Under the pieces are notes generated by a model. The model made no database searches. It was not told the origin of the DNA and worked only from the letters and a program-made list of their open reading frames with translations. A stretch of DNA of 60,688 bases, the filler included, from Asterionella formosa (Eukaryota), in the NCBI GenBank assembly GCA_002256025.1. It is 4 parts of 4 records of this genome, joined end to end, with 100 filler letters (N's around TTAATTAATTAA, not from the genome) between each part and the next. Parts side by side here need not be neighbours in the genome. Positions count along the whole stretch, not along the records: positions 45,614 to 60,688 come from NKIB01005607.1; 3 more parts are not named here. The stretch is one strand, 5' to 3'. Numbering within the stretch: position 1 is the first letter of the stretch; each line of letters opens with the position of its first letter. Shown here piece after piece: positions 46,350 to 60,604 of the stretch. The translations under genes were made by a program, and so were the position numbers.

Positions 46350-47099
46350 GCGTTAGCACGGCAGTGTCGTGGAGGAGTCAACTAAAATTCGTGTGGCAAA
46401 AAAGTATTGGTGGTTTATACGAAGACTATGTAGGCTAGTAGGGTTTAAGGGTTTATCAAAAAGAGGGGGACGAAATATCGATATAGGGGGACGAAATATC
46501 TTTTTCCTATTTATATTGTTCTTGCGTATTTATCAAAGTTCGCTTGTTAGTTTTTGGTCCCACCCGATTGATTTCCATAAATGACGTGGAGGCATGGCAA
46601 CATAAAAATTCTCTTTCCGTATCTGTTCCAAAACTTCTTGCGGTTTCAGAGATTTCCTTGGCTTGATTCCTGTGGTTTCAAAGCAGGAACAACAAATGCT
46701 GCCGAAAGTCTGCTATGAAATTCAACAACGCTCAATTCAGTTATATTCAACAACGCTCAATTCAGTTGTATCATTACATAAGGTGTCTCCTCTTGCAAAA
46801 AACATACATTTATGAATTTTCATTTCAGTTGAACTTTTCAAGGAACGAATACACGCTAAGAGAATGGTTGTTGTGTTGGAGAAAATAACATTTCCTCAAA
46901 GAAGAATTTTTGCCAGAACAGAACTGTTTAGGAACTTGATCCATCTCCTTTCTCCCAGTTCACTTCAACCCACGAGTCAAACCATTCACGACCAGAGATT
47001 CTTCCTGCATTTGAATCATTATTCCATTTCGGATGGCATCTGAAAATAGTAGTTTGGCCGGGAACATTACTTTCAATTTTAACATGATAATAAAAGTCA

Positions 47100-50000
47100 A
47101 TCCTTACAATGGAAACAGGCCCAACCCAATCTTCAAGACTTCTATTCCCTTGGGTAAATCAGGATGAACCAATTGAGACAAGGGTACATCCTTACTCCGT
47201 GATACATGCCCAATCTTATTAGGGACACCTGCTATAGTCCATAGACCATTTGATGATGAAGCAGAGAATTGAACTTTAACAGGAAGGGATGGTGAATGGA
47301 TCTTGGTAGTCGATATTCCCAAATTATCAGGCGACGTACTAGGCAACATCCTTGTATCCTGAATCATTCCTTCGAAATCAATTTCTGTTGAAATACCCTC
47401 AGTTACATTCATATTTACTACTTTATTCATCTTCTTTTGTTTGTTTTCTGTATGTAATGTATCACTTGCAAAAACAATTTTTCGTGCCAAGGCAGGAAAA
47501 CTGCCTTGTTTCATATGACCTTGTTAAAATGCATATCATGCTTTAATCGATGTAATTGTCCATTGATACGCTTACTGGGTCGCTCGTTTCAATTTGTCTT
47601 TCAAAAAAGACTCCAAATATCCACCAAAGAAATTAAGAGGAGATCCGAACTTCCTAATCAGATGAGGGTAATGTTTCATTCCATGAAATTTTGCCATTTG
47701 TAAGCCAATTTGAGGTATCATTTCCCGTTGGTGACCAATCATAATCTTAGTAACTGACAGAAATCTCTTCACCCTTTTCCTTTAAAATATCAATACATAT
47801 TGATGTATACTGCGGTATGAATAAAGTGTCATTGATAGATATACATAGTAACCATAACAGCAATGTGAAATCCTTTTCTAGGTGCATGTTCTCTGAACCC
47901 AGCATCATTCCACTCATTGAAAAAATAGTAAAGAGACATAATCCGGGAATTTCTTGCCCTGACATTTTTGACAAAGCTGTCATCCCAGCAGATCTGTATG
48001 ACAATTTTGGAATATCACGATCGCTTTGCCTTTCCAAATGACTATCATTGATATATCTAGCACTTTGTTCGAAGTATAGTATAGTTTCGAAAATAGCTAC
48101 ATTTCTGGTGCTGGTGGGGGTACAAGTGTTGGGTCTTGATTTTTGCCAGTGTAGATATTTTTGGTAACTGGTGCGTGTGTCCTTTTTGGTCTTTGCCCGT
48201 TTCTTCGGTTGCTCTTGATCAAGAAAAACAGTGTCGGTTGTTTCAGTGATACGTTTCTGATCCAAGATGTTCTTTGAAAACATGCCCATTCTTCAGGGAT
48301 AGTCCGATAATTGTACAATGATTCCAAAATGTACTTAAATATTCCAAGTAGTAATTGATGAAGAACCTCAAATGGAGTTGCACCAAATTATCCTTCTAAG
48401 TCACCACCAAAAAATGATTTATTAGTGCAGGCATAATAGGATTATGCGATATAAGAAAACACGGCACCACTTGTTTGCTGTTGCGTATTTGCCAATAGAT
48501 TGGGAGACACAATACTCAGGTGGGATACATGGTAGTTTTCCATCGGGATATACATTTTTGTCAAGAAATTTGTTTAAAAACTTTTTAACATCTGACACTT
48601 TACGACGTTCACATCCAATATCGGGATTATCAGCATCTTCAGTTGAAACCAGGCAATCACGACAAACATGTTGTCGATATAATCCATTACCACCCCTGAA
48701 ACAACAAATTTTGTTGTGCTCTTCTGTATCACCAATAATCATTCCAATCTGGGAATAAACTTTTGTCATACCAAGACCATGAACCCAAATATCGTATGAC
48801 TTGTTTGGAACGCTCTTCGAAAGGCGACAATAGAAATCCTGTAACAGAATGGTATAATTTGAGTCTACATAAGGACAAGTTTTCACCAGATAACTTATTA
48901 TTCATTTGTTTTTCCAGATCACTGACTTCAATGTCTGTCAAAAGAGATACCAATTGCCATCCATCAACTTTTTACAATCCTTCCTTATAACGTTAAGTTT
49001 AACATTGTCAACAAAAACGGATGCTCGGAATGTTTCATTTGTTTATCAATAGGTGAACCAACATGAAACCTGCTAGGTCAACAAATAAACACCCTGTCTT
49101 CAACACTCCATTTTCTGATGCAGGAGAATTGTTGAATGCATTTTCAAACCATGTCGCGGAAGTTACTTTGTCATATATGTGTTCTCCACAACTTGTAAGT
49201 TTCACTTGTGGGTGACATACAAAATGTTGCATGATATCGGAATCACGTAGCAATCCTGCCTGCCATGAGCTGTACTGGTTCGAAATAATGGAGTGTGCGT
49301 GGAATGATCATATTTGAATTTTTATCAATCTTTATTTGTTTGGTCAACAGTTGACCACCAGCTAATGTTGGTGGAAATGAAATATCCATGCGTTTTTTCA
49401 AAGTCTGGTTGGATGGAGCTTGATACGCCATCTTCCATCAAAATATTTCATTGCTTTTGCCTTGAACAGCCATTTCATTAGATGATCAAAGTAAACTGGT
49501 GGAAGGGAATTCTCGTTAAGTAATAGCATGAGTTCTAATTCGATTGGCTGCGCGCATGTTTAGGGAATGTTTACTTGGAAGTTGAAATTGAGGAGGAAGG
49601 GGCTTTTCCATTGCATTTTCAGGGAGAAAGCCGGTGTGGTCTTGGAAATCTGAATATTGCATGGTCTCTGAATTCAATCCTTGGAGAGTTTTTAGTCTCA
49701 ATTGTTCGTCTTGTTGTGACTGAATATTGTTATAAACTGAATCGTCGCTATCGTCATGAAATGGATGATTGTGGCCACTTGATTCAAGGAAAGGACACAT
49801 AATCTCTTCTTGCTGTCTACTCTCCCTAAATGCTGCAGCAGTTACACTGCCATTAACTTCTTTCCTTGAATGATTCGATGCGCGCACTACCGCAATACAT
49901 AGTTTCATTATGTATTACAGGAACTCGATGTTCTTGCATGCAATGTCGACAGTGACCATATGCATAAAAAACACGGTTGCTACAATTTCGGTTGTGAGAC

Positions 50001-53000
50001 TCAGATGGGGATTTGTTCTTCCGAAATTTGTAGTTACACAGATAACACCATTGCAATGTGCGCAAAGACATTGCAAATTTCAAATGATGACCAAGTAAGG
50101 ATATGAAAAGGATAGAATGAAAATGAATTAATATATAATAATAATTTTAGCATCACTCCGAACATGCTGTGCTGCACAATACAGAGTCGTGAAATCATCA
50201 CTCCACCATAGTAGTAAAAATTGAGGTATACCGCTACATAGTACAGTACAGGCGCCACTAATAGTAATAGTAGTATAGAGCAACATCAATGTTTTCCTAA
50301 CATCTATGATATGGTTTGCATTGTAGAAGTCTCACACTAACTATATTCATTATGTAACTACTAAGCATGCATTGGATTCTATTAGATCCATTCAAAATCA
50401 ACGTTGTCATCTATGTCCCGTTGATTAATGCGTTCATTGTAATCAATATTCTTCTCAGGAACATTTGGTTGAAGTGGTTCAACATATTGATGCATATCCT
50501 CTTCACTTACTACATTGGGAAATGAGAAGTATGAGTGTGGGTAGATGATATTTGTTGTGGAAGTAGCAATTCCACAAGGATTCCTTCCATATTCAGATCG
50601 ATTCTTTTGTCAAAGTCCAGTGTAGATTTCCTTATTATAAACAAGAAAATCAATATCATCAGTTCATTGATCAGTGAGACCATTTGAAACTGAACTTTCT
50701 TCCCTCACACTTTTTTGATAAGTGGCTTCCCACCGATGAAGAAAAATCAGTAGAATGACGAATATCATGCTCTGAAATTTCATGGGTATCTGGATTGAAA
50801 CCCAAATATTTTTGTTGCAATCGTAATTTTCCTTTCAGTACCAAGAAGCAAAATGCTTCTGTACTGGCATGCATTGATCAGCGAACCACCAAAATTAAAT
50901 TTGGTCGCACCAGATTTGTCTCCTGTTAAAAGTGGTTCTCCACGGCTTGTCCTTCCTATAAAATACACTGGGACAAGACCATCACGCCAGACTTGGTAAC
51001 CTTGGCTTTCCCTGTCAATGTCCTTTGACTGCGCAAAACAATAAAGCGTGAATGCCCACATGATAAGCAAAGTTTTCAATATCCATAGTCTGGAAGTTAT
51101 TTTCTGTTAGACCAGCTGGTGTGTCATGAATTATATTAGCATTTTTGATAAGAATATAATCACCAAATCAAAATATCATGCTTTGGAAGCATCTCTCTAC
51201 AAGAGCTTACCTAAGATTCCTTTAAATTGATTATTCAATACATTATGACATTCACTCGCTCAAATTTTTAATGCACATGCCACCAAATGTTGATTTGATG
51301 TAATCTAAATGTGCCTTGTTGGTACGTCCAATGGTCTGATTCATCGGAAGTAGTGCATCAAAACAATTCCATATGAAATCGGCAAGCTCTGGGTCACTCT
51401 CCACTTCTTTGCATAACTCCGTTTTTACTGTGTATAGTCGAGTGAGGCAACATTAGGCAAACCAATCATGTTTTTGTTTTGGAAATCCCTTTCATACTAC
51501 TTGAACCAGATAGGGCGCGCAGGATGTTTGATTCTCTTTCGGGACAAGAAAAAAGCACATTTGATTGATATTCTGTTTTACAGTACCTGCAAATCACGAA
51601 CTATAACATCAAACTTACATGTTCACAGCAAAACTTCTTGGTCTTGAAAATAAAACTCACAACCTTTGTGACAATTGATGGTTCAATTTTAGCGAAGCGG
51701 GAACGACGTCCTGATAAGGCAGTTGAAATAGAAGATTCTTGATTACGTTGTATGGAAGAGTTTTGAACCGAATTACGACCTTTGTATTGATTGAGTTCAT
51801 TGACCAATTGACAATATCCTTTGGCAAGTACAAAATTTTTTTCCCTCATTTTTCATGTACTTGTTGGTCCGTGCGATTGGAAAATTTTTGGTATGGAACC
51901 TTGTTGTCCATCTGCATCCGGGATTTTTGTTTGATGGTATTATGAACAGGAGCCATTTTTTTAGCAGGAACTGAAGAAGAAACGTCATCATCGCATTCAG
52001 TATCAATGAGGGGATCCTGTGTAGCTGATGGTGTCCCCGTGGACGATGGAGTAGTACCCCCACTAACTACCTGTTGTCGATTGGGTTCCTTTGGATAATC
52101 GCCAATTCACTTTTTCTTTGTGAACTCATTTTGGTACTTGCTTCTTTGTTCCATACCGGCAGTATTTGCCACATGTCGCTTGTTTCCATGAACCTCTTGT
52201 TATGATCATATGATGTACACATGAAGCACTCCCGCCAATTAAGGGGCTTGAATAATTAGTTACCAAAACCTTGTGTATAAATATTGATACAAATGGGTTG
52301 TGAATTCCGCTAATTGAATGGTCTAAATAATTAGATCCAACTGACGAATATAATATTGATGCAAACAAATGTCAGAAACAGTACTGGTACACAAAGTCAT
52401 GGAAAGCAATGGACATATAATGCATTGAATTTTTCCAATTATGCATATGCAAATATGATCATTGGTAATAGCAGATTTGCCATATTGAAAGTGCTTTTGA
52501 ATTTTATAAATGGACGACACTTGATATATTTGTATATTTACAAATTTTATAACTATATACATGGCAAATATATTTGAAATCATTCTGAAATGTTGATAAT
52601 CCATGCCTGCTTCGTGAAAAAAAACACCGTAGTAAAGCACATGACAAGAAAGGAAAGGTTACGCAATACATAACGAAAAACATTGTGGCTTCGACACATT
52701 GCGCCTTCGTAGGATGGAGTATGTTTAAGCTAGTAGTAATGAAGCCATCAATGTGGAACGTGTATGACAATCGTTGGGAGGACAACAACAAAAAGTAAAC
52801 TAAACACACGTTTCCTTTCTTCTCAGTTGATTCAATAGCTCATTTTTCTTGTTAGGGAGCACCATTGAAAAACAAAACAAAACAAAACAAACCTGGTCAG
52901 TGCTCTTGTCGCTGGACCTATTCACTACTGTGGGAACATAACTGACGGACATGTTTTCCTTCTTTCAAAGTTAAGCTTAGAATCAAATTGGTAAGTTTTA

Positions 53001-53820
53001 TTTGACAACATTGGATACCTGAAACTTACTTAATCAAGAATTTACTGACAATTTACGATTACAGACATTTGCATCAGTTGCTTTGATGTTGTGGTAAGCG
53101 AAGCAAGAGGATACGATGGAATGGCGTGATGTTGTGTCATTGTAACATGTCTAGCTATCAAGTCGTTCCTTCTCATTGTTACTGTAACTGCATAGGACAA
53201 TAAAACCAATCAAACAACGGAATAGTCGGCGAGTTCAGAATGACACTAAAAGCAGGGAGAGAGACGAAGCACCACTGCTTGGCACAAGATTCAGAATAGA
53301 GGAAGAAAAGGGCGAGACAGGAACAATATACATTGAGCCGAGTAGAGAGAGAAACATTGGGTCTCTGGCCTGTAGAATCATAGATAGCATTGCTAAATTT
53401 GATAGTTAAACTACAATCCATTTCAATCTATTTTGAACAATGCTTCTTGTGATTAGTGTTATGATCATGTTTAAGATAGACATACGATGAAACAATTCAC
53501 ATGATAGAATATATTTTAGCTGATTTAAGGATGCATTGTAGTAATAATTTACATTTGGCGATCACGAGAAGTGAAAATAATATGAGAAGGTTTATGATAT
53601 TGATGAGAAATGTTGTTGATCAGTTGATATACATTGTGTGATGATAATGATCTTATTATCATTATACTTCAAGTTTGGTAAAATATTAATTAATTATCAT
53701 AGTTACAGGATACCTTGATCATAATTTTGATCCAAAAATTATCATATATACAAAAATCCTTTGCCACTTAGCATATGATACACTTGATCCTATATGCATG
53801 ATACTTTTTATTTGCAGATG
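47100..53820 (-). mobile_element. Large degenerate Plavaka/CACTA-like DNA transposon (transposase pseudogene ~47100-49900, second broken ORF ~50350-52200)
   Basis: Minus-strand motifs IIGDTEEHNKIC, CRDCLVS, EVLHQLLLGIFKY, RQSDRDIPK, SKMSGQE and KFHGMKHYPHLIRKFGSPLNFFGGYLESFLKDKLK. Many stops and frameshifts; other copies occur in this window. The termini were not identified. Confidence 0.72.
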
Positions 53821-54715
53821 GTGCCAAAGGCATATACCGGAACCTGGCACTGAAGGAAAAGAAGGTAAATCGAATTTCATGGCAAGTGTTAGAACATGTT
53901 TGTCAGCAGAAGTGATTACAGGAGCCCGAATAAGGAAATTTTCTCAATGAGCTCACCAGTACATGTTGGCTTAGTACCATGCTTTTGTTTCTGGTTTATT
54001 TGAACCAGAACTGCAACAGCAGCGCTCCAAGCATGGCCCTGTTGAAATCAACGACCTTATAAAGAAGATGAAGAAGACAAATCGATGTGCCTTGGGCCTT
54101 GATTACAAGTTTGTAATGAATGTCAATGAATAAAGCAATTGCTGATGTTGTTTTATATGCTTGTCAACATTACGTAAACTGATGCATGTATATATTATCC
54201 ATTAAATATTCCCTATGCCAATTATCTATCATACTAGAGCTACGGTGGCTACTATATGTACTCTGAACATGATTCCAGCCATATGGCGAATATTACCGAA
54301 GGAGCCTAATTTTAGTGCCTGCCAGCGCCAGCCAAATTTCAGTTGTTGCGGCAAACTTGACTGCAACTGCCTTGCTGGTACATTTCCTCGAGTGGTAGGA
54401 AGGATACCTGGTACCAGGTACCAGGTTGCGGCATACAAGGGACTCCACTCCTTTCTCGTTCGTATTCTGTACGGACCATAAGGTACCAGGTACCTGGTAA
54501 TCTACCGTAGTAGGAGTATCCTGTACTTGTCATTTTCTAAATGGTCTACAGTCTACAGCATACCGGCGCACCAGCAGAAGAAGCATACCCGGTGGAGTAG
54601 CTAGCAGTCGATCTTGTTGGGTTGTTTGTTTTGTTTCAAAATTTGAGATCATACTTTTTTGTGTTCAATCTTTGGAAAGCATTTTCTTTCACCTACGTTT
54701 TAGTTAGCGAACAAC

Positions 54716-56353
54716 ATGTCGGACGATGGAGAAGTACCTAAGCCTGTGAGTATTTTTGATAGTTGAGGTCGCGTAAATTTAAGGGAAAAGGATGAAAGCT
54801 GTTGAGCTTTGGAACTGAATCGATCAGAAGTGTCGGAATGCCCTAGGCGTACCTTTTGTACTACTTGCTACAGGATGATGATGACTCTCGCTACTGCAAG
54901 AATGATTACTTGAACGAACCGTACTTTGTTGTTTATTATTCTAAATGCTCTACTCACATGGAAATCTTCCACTTCACAAAACAAATAGACCCTGGACTGG
55001 CTTCCAGAAGGTGTAGAAGCCTTGGCAGATGGTGAATACGATGCCATTGTTCTCGGAACTGGTCTCAAGGAATGTGTCATTAGTGGTTTGCTTTCCATCA
55101 GTGGAAAGAAGGTCTTGCAGATTGACCGCAACAGCTACTACGGAGGCGAAGGTGCATCTCTCAACCTGACGAATCTCTTTGAAAAATTCCAAGCCGGTGA
55201 AGCGCCTTCGAATCTTGGAGCAAATCGTGATTACAACGTTGACCTAATTCCCAAGTTTATCATGGCATACGGAAACATGACCAAGATGCTCTTGCACACG
55301 AAGGTCACTCGTTATTTGGAGTTTAAGTCCATTTCTGGATCCTACGTTTACAAGGGAGGAAAGATTTTGAAAGTGCCTGCCACACCTGAAGAAGCGCTCA
55401 AATCACCCCTCATGGGTTTGTTTGAAAAGCGCCGTTTTCGCAATTTTCTCATTTTCATTAATGCGTACGACGCTAACGATCCAACCACCCACGCTGACCG
55501 AAATTTAAGCACAATGACGATGAAAGAGCTGTACACTGAGTTTGGACTCACGCCTGATACTCACCAATTTATTTCTCATGCTATGTGTTTGGAATTGGAT
55601 GAAGCGCACATGGATTTACCAGCAGCGCCAACTGTGGCTAATCTCAAGATTTACTGTGATTCTTTGTCTCGGTACGGAACAAGTCCATACATCTATCCCC
55701 TCTATGGTTTGGGAGGACTTCCTGAAGGCTTCTCTAGAATCTGCGCTATTCATGGTGGTACCTTCATGCTCAATCAAGATATTGATGAGATTTTGTTCAA
55801 CGAATCAGGTGTAGCCTACGGTGTAAAGGCAGGCAACCAAATGGCCAAGGCTGCTATGGTCATTGGCGATCCTTCTTATTTCCCCAAGGAAAAGATCAAG
55901 GCCACTGGTGTCCTCGTGCGTTGCATTTGTCTCCTTAATCATCCAATCCCCAACACTGGAGACGGAGAGTCGACCCAAGTAATTATTCCTGGTCCTCAAG
56001 TTGGCCGTGTCAATGACATCTTTGTCTGCTGTGTTGGAAATGCTTTGAATGTTACTGCACCAGGAATTTACGTGGCCATTGTTTCGACCATTGTTGAGAA
56101 AGCAACCCCTGACGAGGATATTGCATCTGGTTTGCAAGTCCTTGGCCCAATTTTGAAGCGTTTCACAAGTGTCAGCACGACCTATGAGCCAGTGGCAGAT
56201 GGATCAGCTGACAAATGCTACATTTCGTCGTCCTTTGATGCTACATCTCATTTCGAGAGTGATTGTAATGATTTGATGTCTCTCTATGAAAGGATTTCTG
56301 GTGAAAAGTTGGACATGAATATCGACCCTAACTCAGTTGGAGATGATTACTAG
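54716..56353 (+). CDS. GDI1: Rab GDP-dissociation inhibitor. Exons 54716-54745 and 54989-56353 (~464 aa)
   Basis: Motifs YDAIVLGTGLKECVISGLLS, DRNSYYGGE, DYNVDLIPKF, SPYIYPLYGLGGLPEGFSR and DATSHFE. Phase-0 intron 54746-54988 supplies an ATG start. Confidence 0.96.
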
Positions 56354-56993
56354 GTACGATCGGAGCACTTATCGATCTCCTTTATTGCAAGAAGTGGAAA
56401 GTGAATTCGTCAAATATTTTTAGTGAGATCTTTTCATTACATCCTATAGAGTTCATGTATGTAGAGACAGAAACAACTTTGCCCATAGCGCAACACTCCA
56501 GGCTGCCACCATGAAACATGTTCGTGCTCTGGTATCTGCCACAGATTCAGCCTATCATCTTCCTCAGTCCAACCACATTGTCTTTCTGCACCTATCTGAA
56601 TACACGTTGTTGTCTGCAGGGTGCTTGACGCCCCAGTGCGACCCACCAAACTCCATCTTATTTCGAGTTTTTAAGCCTACTCTAAAATTTATTAATCCAC
56701 ATGTAGAGATATGTGTGCATTCTTGGTTGGAATGGGAGCAGCTATGCTGTTGAGTAAATTGACATCCTCTTATTATCACAGGTATGCATCGACGACATCA
56801 ATGATGTGGTCACAATGACTGAGGGCTGACCAGTGGCAATCAAGGAGGAATTTCTGAATTTATTCCCACAATATACATTGTGTTCAAGTTTCCCCTGTTG
56901 TCAGGATGAATGAAAGTTCATTATTACGATTCAAGCGTATTACAACCCTTTTCACCCAACTTCGTAATGTTTCATAACATTCTTTGCTACGAT

Positions 56994-59207
56994 CTAAATT
57001 GCTAACGCGTACTTCTTGATCTCGGCAAGGATGACAGTGGTGCTGACCAGGTCCTTGCAAAATGAGGGAGGCTTGTTTCGCCAAATCTTGCGAATGATGT
57101 CTTGAAATCGTGTGTAATAGAGCAATAACTGAGTCAAGACCTGCTTGAGAATTTCCATGCCATTCCTAAAATTCGAAAAATAGGACAGAACGTTGCGGTT
57201 GATTTGTTCAATTCCAATCTTCCATGAAGTCGCAAATTCACGAACTAAGGTCTCAACAACCTGACTGTTGACTTCCTTGTTGCTACCTCCTACGGACATG
57301 TGTTGTTCTGTCTGTTGGACAAAGGCGATAAGCTTGGAAAAATTGTGGAGAAGTTCTTCCTCAACAAAGAGTTCTCGTTGAGTCATTAAGGCCTCAGCAA
57401 AACGATTAAATTCCTTCCCGGCCACACGACGCTCTTGAAAGATGCAAACAATTTGATCCAAGTTGTTGACCAAAAACACAATCCGTTTCTTGTTGGAAGG
57501 ATGCTCGTCTCCCATACGCTCCAAAAGAGCAATAGTTTCTTCCTGAATCACAGCAAGATCGTTCAAAAGCATATCTCCTGCACTATCTCGCGGAGTTCCC
57601 GAGACCTTTGCAGGCATCTTGGCCAAAGTGGCGCTAGCTTTCAGTTCTCCACTCATTTTGGGAGTTGGTACGTCCATCTTCTCGGAACGATGCAAAACCA
57701 TAAGAATTGAGCACGTAAATTCTGCGTAGCGTCGTGAAACGTAGTGGGCATGAAGCTCGACTCCACCAAGTTTCTTAGCGTTAGCACTCTTGATGCTTCG
57801 TAAATGTGCATCCATTACTACTTTCAGTCGAGGCCAAATGAGCTTGTTGACTTGATCCAAAAATCCATCCAAGGATTGAATGTGACGGCTATGAAGAATT
57901 CTCCTATCGGCATGGGTAATTTTGATCATGAGTAACAATGACAGTGCATCGTGACACCCGAAGAGATAATTTTCCAGATGTTCAAGGAGCAAGCCCAACG
58001 TTGCGTTAAAGAGCGGTCCAAACGCATCGCGTTTGAAAAACTGTCGGCAGAAAATGTGTTCATTAGTCACTGCATCCATCAAATGTAACATAATGGATCG
58101 AAAGAGCATCTCGTAAGGATATTTCTTTCCTTCCGACACTGCAACGTGTGCGAGAATGGGACGAGCCGTTGCCTTATCAAGGACATCGCTTGCTCGATGA
58201 CCCAGTGTAAAGCTGTCGATCCGCTTTTTTGCTTTGGTTGTCACGACATCACGAAGAGCCGCGTCATCAATAGCAATGACATCCTGCCGATTAGAAGCTG
58301 CGCGGGTCGAATCCAACTGATCCAATTGAGCTTGATAAGTTCGGAACAAGGCATACATAGTCTTGCCCATGGATTCGACATAAACATTGTACATTTCAGT
58401 CGCAATCTCTGGCGAATTGTCTTCTAAAAAGTCTTGCAGATTAGCATACTTGACAAGACCATGCTTTTGAATCATTCGAACGTTTGTTTGGGGTTGACGC
58501 AACAATGCCATTTGAGCAAGGAAATAGTCCCTGGTGCGTCCCACAGCCACGAGTCGCAGTTTGTGAACATGATTTTGCATTTCGTGTCCCGAAACCGTTT
58601 GTGAGGGTGGAGCATAGCACGACCAGTCTTGCGGTGTCTCGTCGTGAACGTCTTTGTATATCCGGTCCAATTCATAAACGTAAGTTTGAAACTGCTCATT
58701 GATGGGTCCTCGACAAATCGTCTGAGCCAAATGTGGAGCAATTACAGTGTGCTGAAGAAATTCTCGAAGGCCCTCTTCAGCGCGACGTCTATTACGCAGC
58801 TGAATTCCTAGTGAACGTGATTTGTCTTGAAGTGACCGAATGTCACCGGAGAGGCCGCCGAGATCAGCTTGGAAGCCCAAAAGCATTTCCTGAAGGGCAC
58901 CTAAGACAGCGTCACATGCTTCTAATTCTTCTCTTAGAAGTGAAATCTCCTTGGATTTGTTGCGATATACACTGATACATTGAGATTCAAGTTCATGAAG
59001 CTCCTGTTCGACTGTGGACGAGTACGACGCTAGGTCCAAGGACCCGTCGGCCAAAGCTGCTTGAAGTGAGGGATTGGAAAGAAACTGAGCCAAATCGGAA
59101 GATAACCGCTCTTCTTCTACGTGTTGCTTGCTGCTGTCTTGCTTTGCCAACGACATGGCCGCTTCTTGGACCGTCCGCTCCGTATCAAAGGTCGCCATGT
59201 CGGCCAT
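56994..59207 (-). CDS. VPS52: GARP/EARP complex subunit Vps52
   Basis: Long ORF with LQEMLLGFQADLGGLSGDIRSLQDKS...LRNRR, HYVSRRYAEF and FSNFRNGMEILKQVLTQLLLYYTRF. The start is at 59207 or in an unseen upstream exon. Confidence 0.92.
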   Translation of the reverse strand: MADMATFDTERTVQEAAMSLAKQDSSKQHVEEERLSSDLAQFLSNPSLQAALADGSLDLASYSSTVEQELHELESQCISVYRNKSKEISLLREELEACDAVLGALQEMLLGFQADLGGLSGDIRSLQDKSRSLGIQLRNRRRAEEGLREFLQHTVIAPHLAQTICRGPINEQFQTYVYELDRIYKDVHDETPQDWSCYAPPSQTVSGHEMQNHVHKLRLVAVGRTRDYFLAQMALLRQPQTNVRMIQKHGLVKYANLQDFLEDNSPEIATEMYNVYVESMGKTMYALFRTYQAQLDQLDSTRAASNRQDVIAIDDAALRDVVTTKAKKRIDSFTLGHRASDVLDKATARPILAHVAVSEGKKYPYEMLFRSIMLHLMDAVTNEHIFCRQFFKRDAFGPLFNATLGLLLEHLENYLFGCHDALSLLLMIKITHADRRILHSRHIQSLDGFLDQVNKLIWPRLKVVMDAHLRSIKSANAKKLGGVELHAHYVSRRYAEFTCSILMVLHRSEKMDVPTPKMSGELKASATLAKMPAKVSGTPRDSAGDMLLNDLAVIQEETIALLERMGDEHPSNKKRIVFLVNNLDQIVCIFQERRVAGKEFNRFAEALMTQRELFVEEELLHNFSKLIAFVQQTEQHMSVGGSNKEVNSQVVETLVREFATSWKIGIEQINRNVLSYFSNFRNGMEILKQVLTQLLLYYTRFQDIIRKIWRNKPPSFCKDLVSTTVILAEIKKYALAI

Positions 59208-59890
59208 CGTTGCGGGCACTATAAATGTCTTCGGATCAAGAGTAACTGTGGCTACACCGGTATGCTGTAACCATACAGCAACTGTGCTCCTCTATAAAAA
59301 ACGCTGTACTAATGGATACTAATGTTGCAAACCTTGCTCCGATACCGTTTTTATTACCGGTATCATGCTAGCATATAGATTATATAGACTCGACACAATC
59401 ATACCTAGCACCGGTACTAAAGTGTGTGAGATATATTTTAATAGAATACCGGTATACATTTATCTATTTAGATACAAACATACAGATTAGTTCACGGTTG
59501 TTTCTTGGTATTACCGGTAAAAGTATTATCAGGCGAGAATGCTTCTGGAACAGATCATTCTCGTGATTGCTTTGCTGTATTAAATTGTTCAATTGGTTCC
59601 ATTTGCCTTGCTTGTATTGTCAGGGAGAATCCAATGACCGATCTGTTGTAACAAAAACTTGGGAGTTATAAGATGACTGATGTACCGTATACTTCATTGT
59701 CCTGGACCCCCCTGAGGTTGCTGGACCCCCCTGTACATTTTTTTCGAGGTGGCACCAAACACCCAATAATTTTCTAGACATAGACAAAGTAACAGGTTAT
59801 AATTCTGATTTTTGTGGCGGAAATTGAATGACGCTACCATTATAAACTACCAGTAATATCGGTACTACCAATGCATACTACATATTAATC

Positions 59891-60301
59891 ATGTCAACAA
59901 CAAGATCAGCAACAATCAACAGCCGCCAAGATGGGGATTTGCTTGGACTGAATGCTTCCAGCAATGGGCGCTCATGTGAGCAACATGAATGCTGCGGGAA
60001 AGCGGTTAAGGCTGATGATGTGATCAGGTTCAAACTGGCTGTTGTGGAGGATGTATTGGGCAAGCCATTGGAGACGATCAAGGCTGTCCTCATCAAGGAT
60101 GGCACAGAACTTTGCACTGTTGGGTTTCTGGGCAGAGAAGTTGCAGCATTGCCTTCACAACCGAGCAAGTACATCGACAAGTTTGCGCAGGTGCTAGAAC
60201 TGTATGATGACAATGAAAATTCTATGATGAGAAAGAAGAGCAAGAGGAATGCCGGAATGGCTTCATTCCGCTTGATGAAGGATATTCAAGGCCAGGAGTA
60301 G
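59891..60301 (+). CDS. Transposon-borne 136-aa protein, possibly HIRAN-like, with a CxxHxCC cluster
   Basis: Intact ATG-to-TAG ORF ~200 bp inside the TIR. The pattern G...GKAVKADDVIRF...TIKAV...CTVGFLGRE resembles HIRAN strand order (inference). Confidence 0.7.
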   Translation: MSTTRSATINSRQDGDLLGLNASSNGRSCEQHECCGKAVKADDVIRFKLAVVEDVLGKPLETIKAVLIKDGTELCTVGFLGREVAALPSQPSKYIDKFAQVLELYDDNENSMMRKKSKRNAGMASFRLMKDIQGQE

Positions 60302-60604
60302 ATTCGATTGTAGCAGTCCTCAATAACGATGTAGAAATGCATTCTATACTATTTATTATAATATTGTAGAACAGTAAATAGACTTCAGAGTCATTTCCTT
60401 TAGCATTTATAGTGATTCATGTCAACTGTAGTTCTACTAGCTTCAACACGAAAAATCAAATCGTAAATTACGACTTAAGCTGTTTAACATTAACGCTATT
60501 GAATTGCTTCTACAAATCAATAATATAACAATATAGCATGCTTAAACAGACTATAAAGTTATATTTCTAGTCACATGCTACACTTTTTGAAAAAAATAGA
60601 GTCA

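Noticed and set aside
59878..60243. 121-aa antisense ORF over the HIRAN-like gene
   Set aside because: Antisense shadow; the plus-strand ORF has the protein-like motif pattern.
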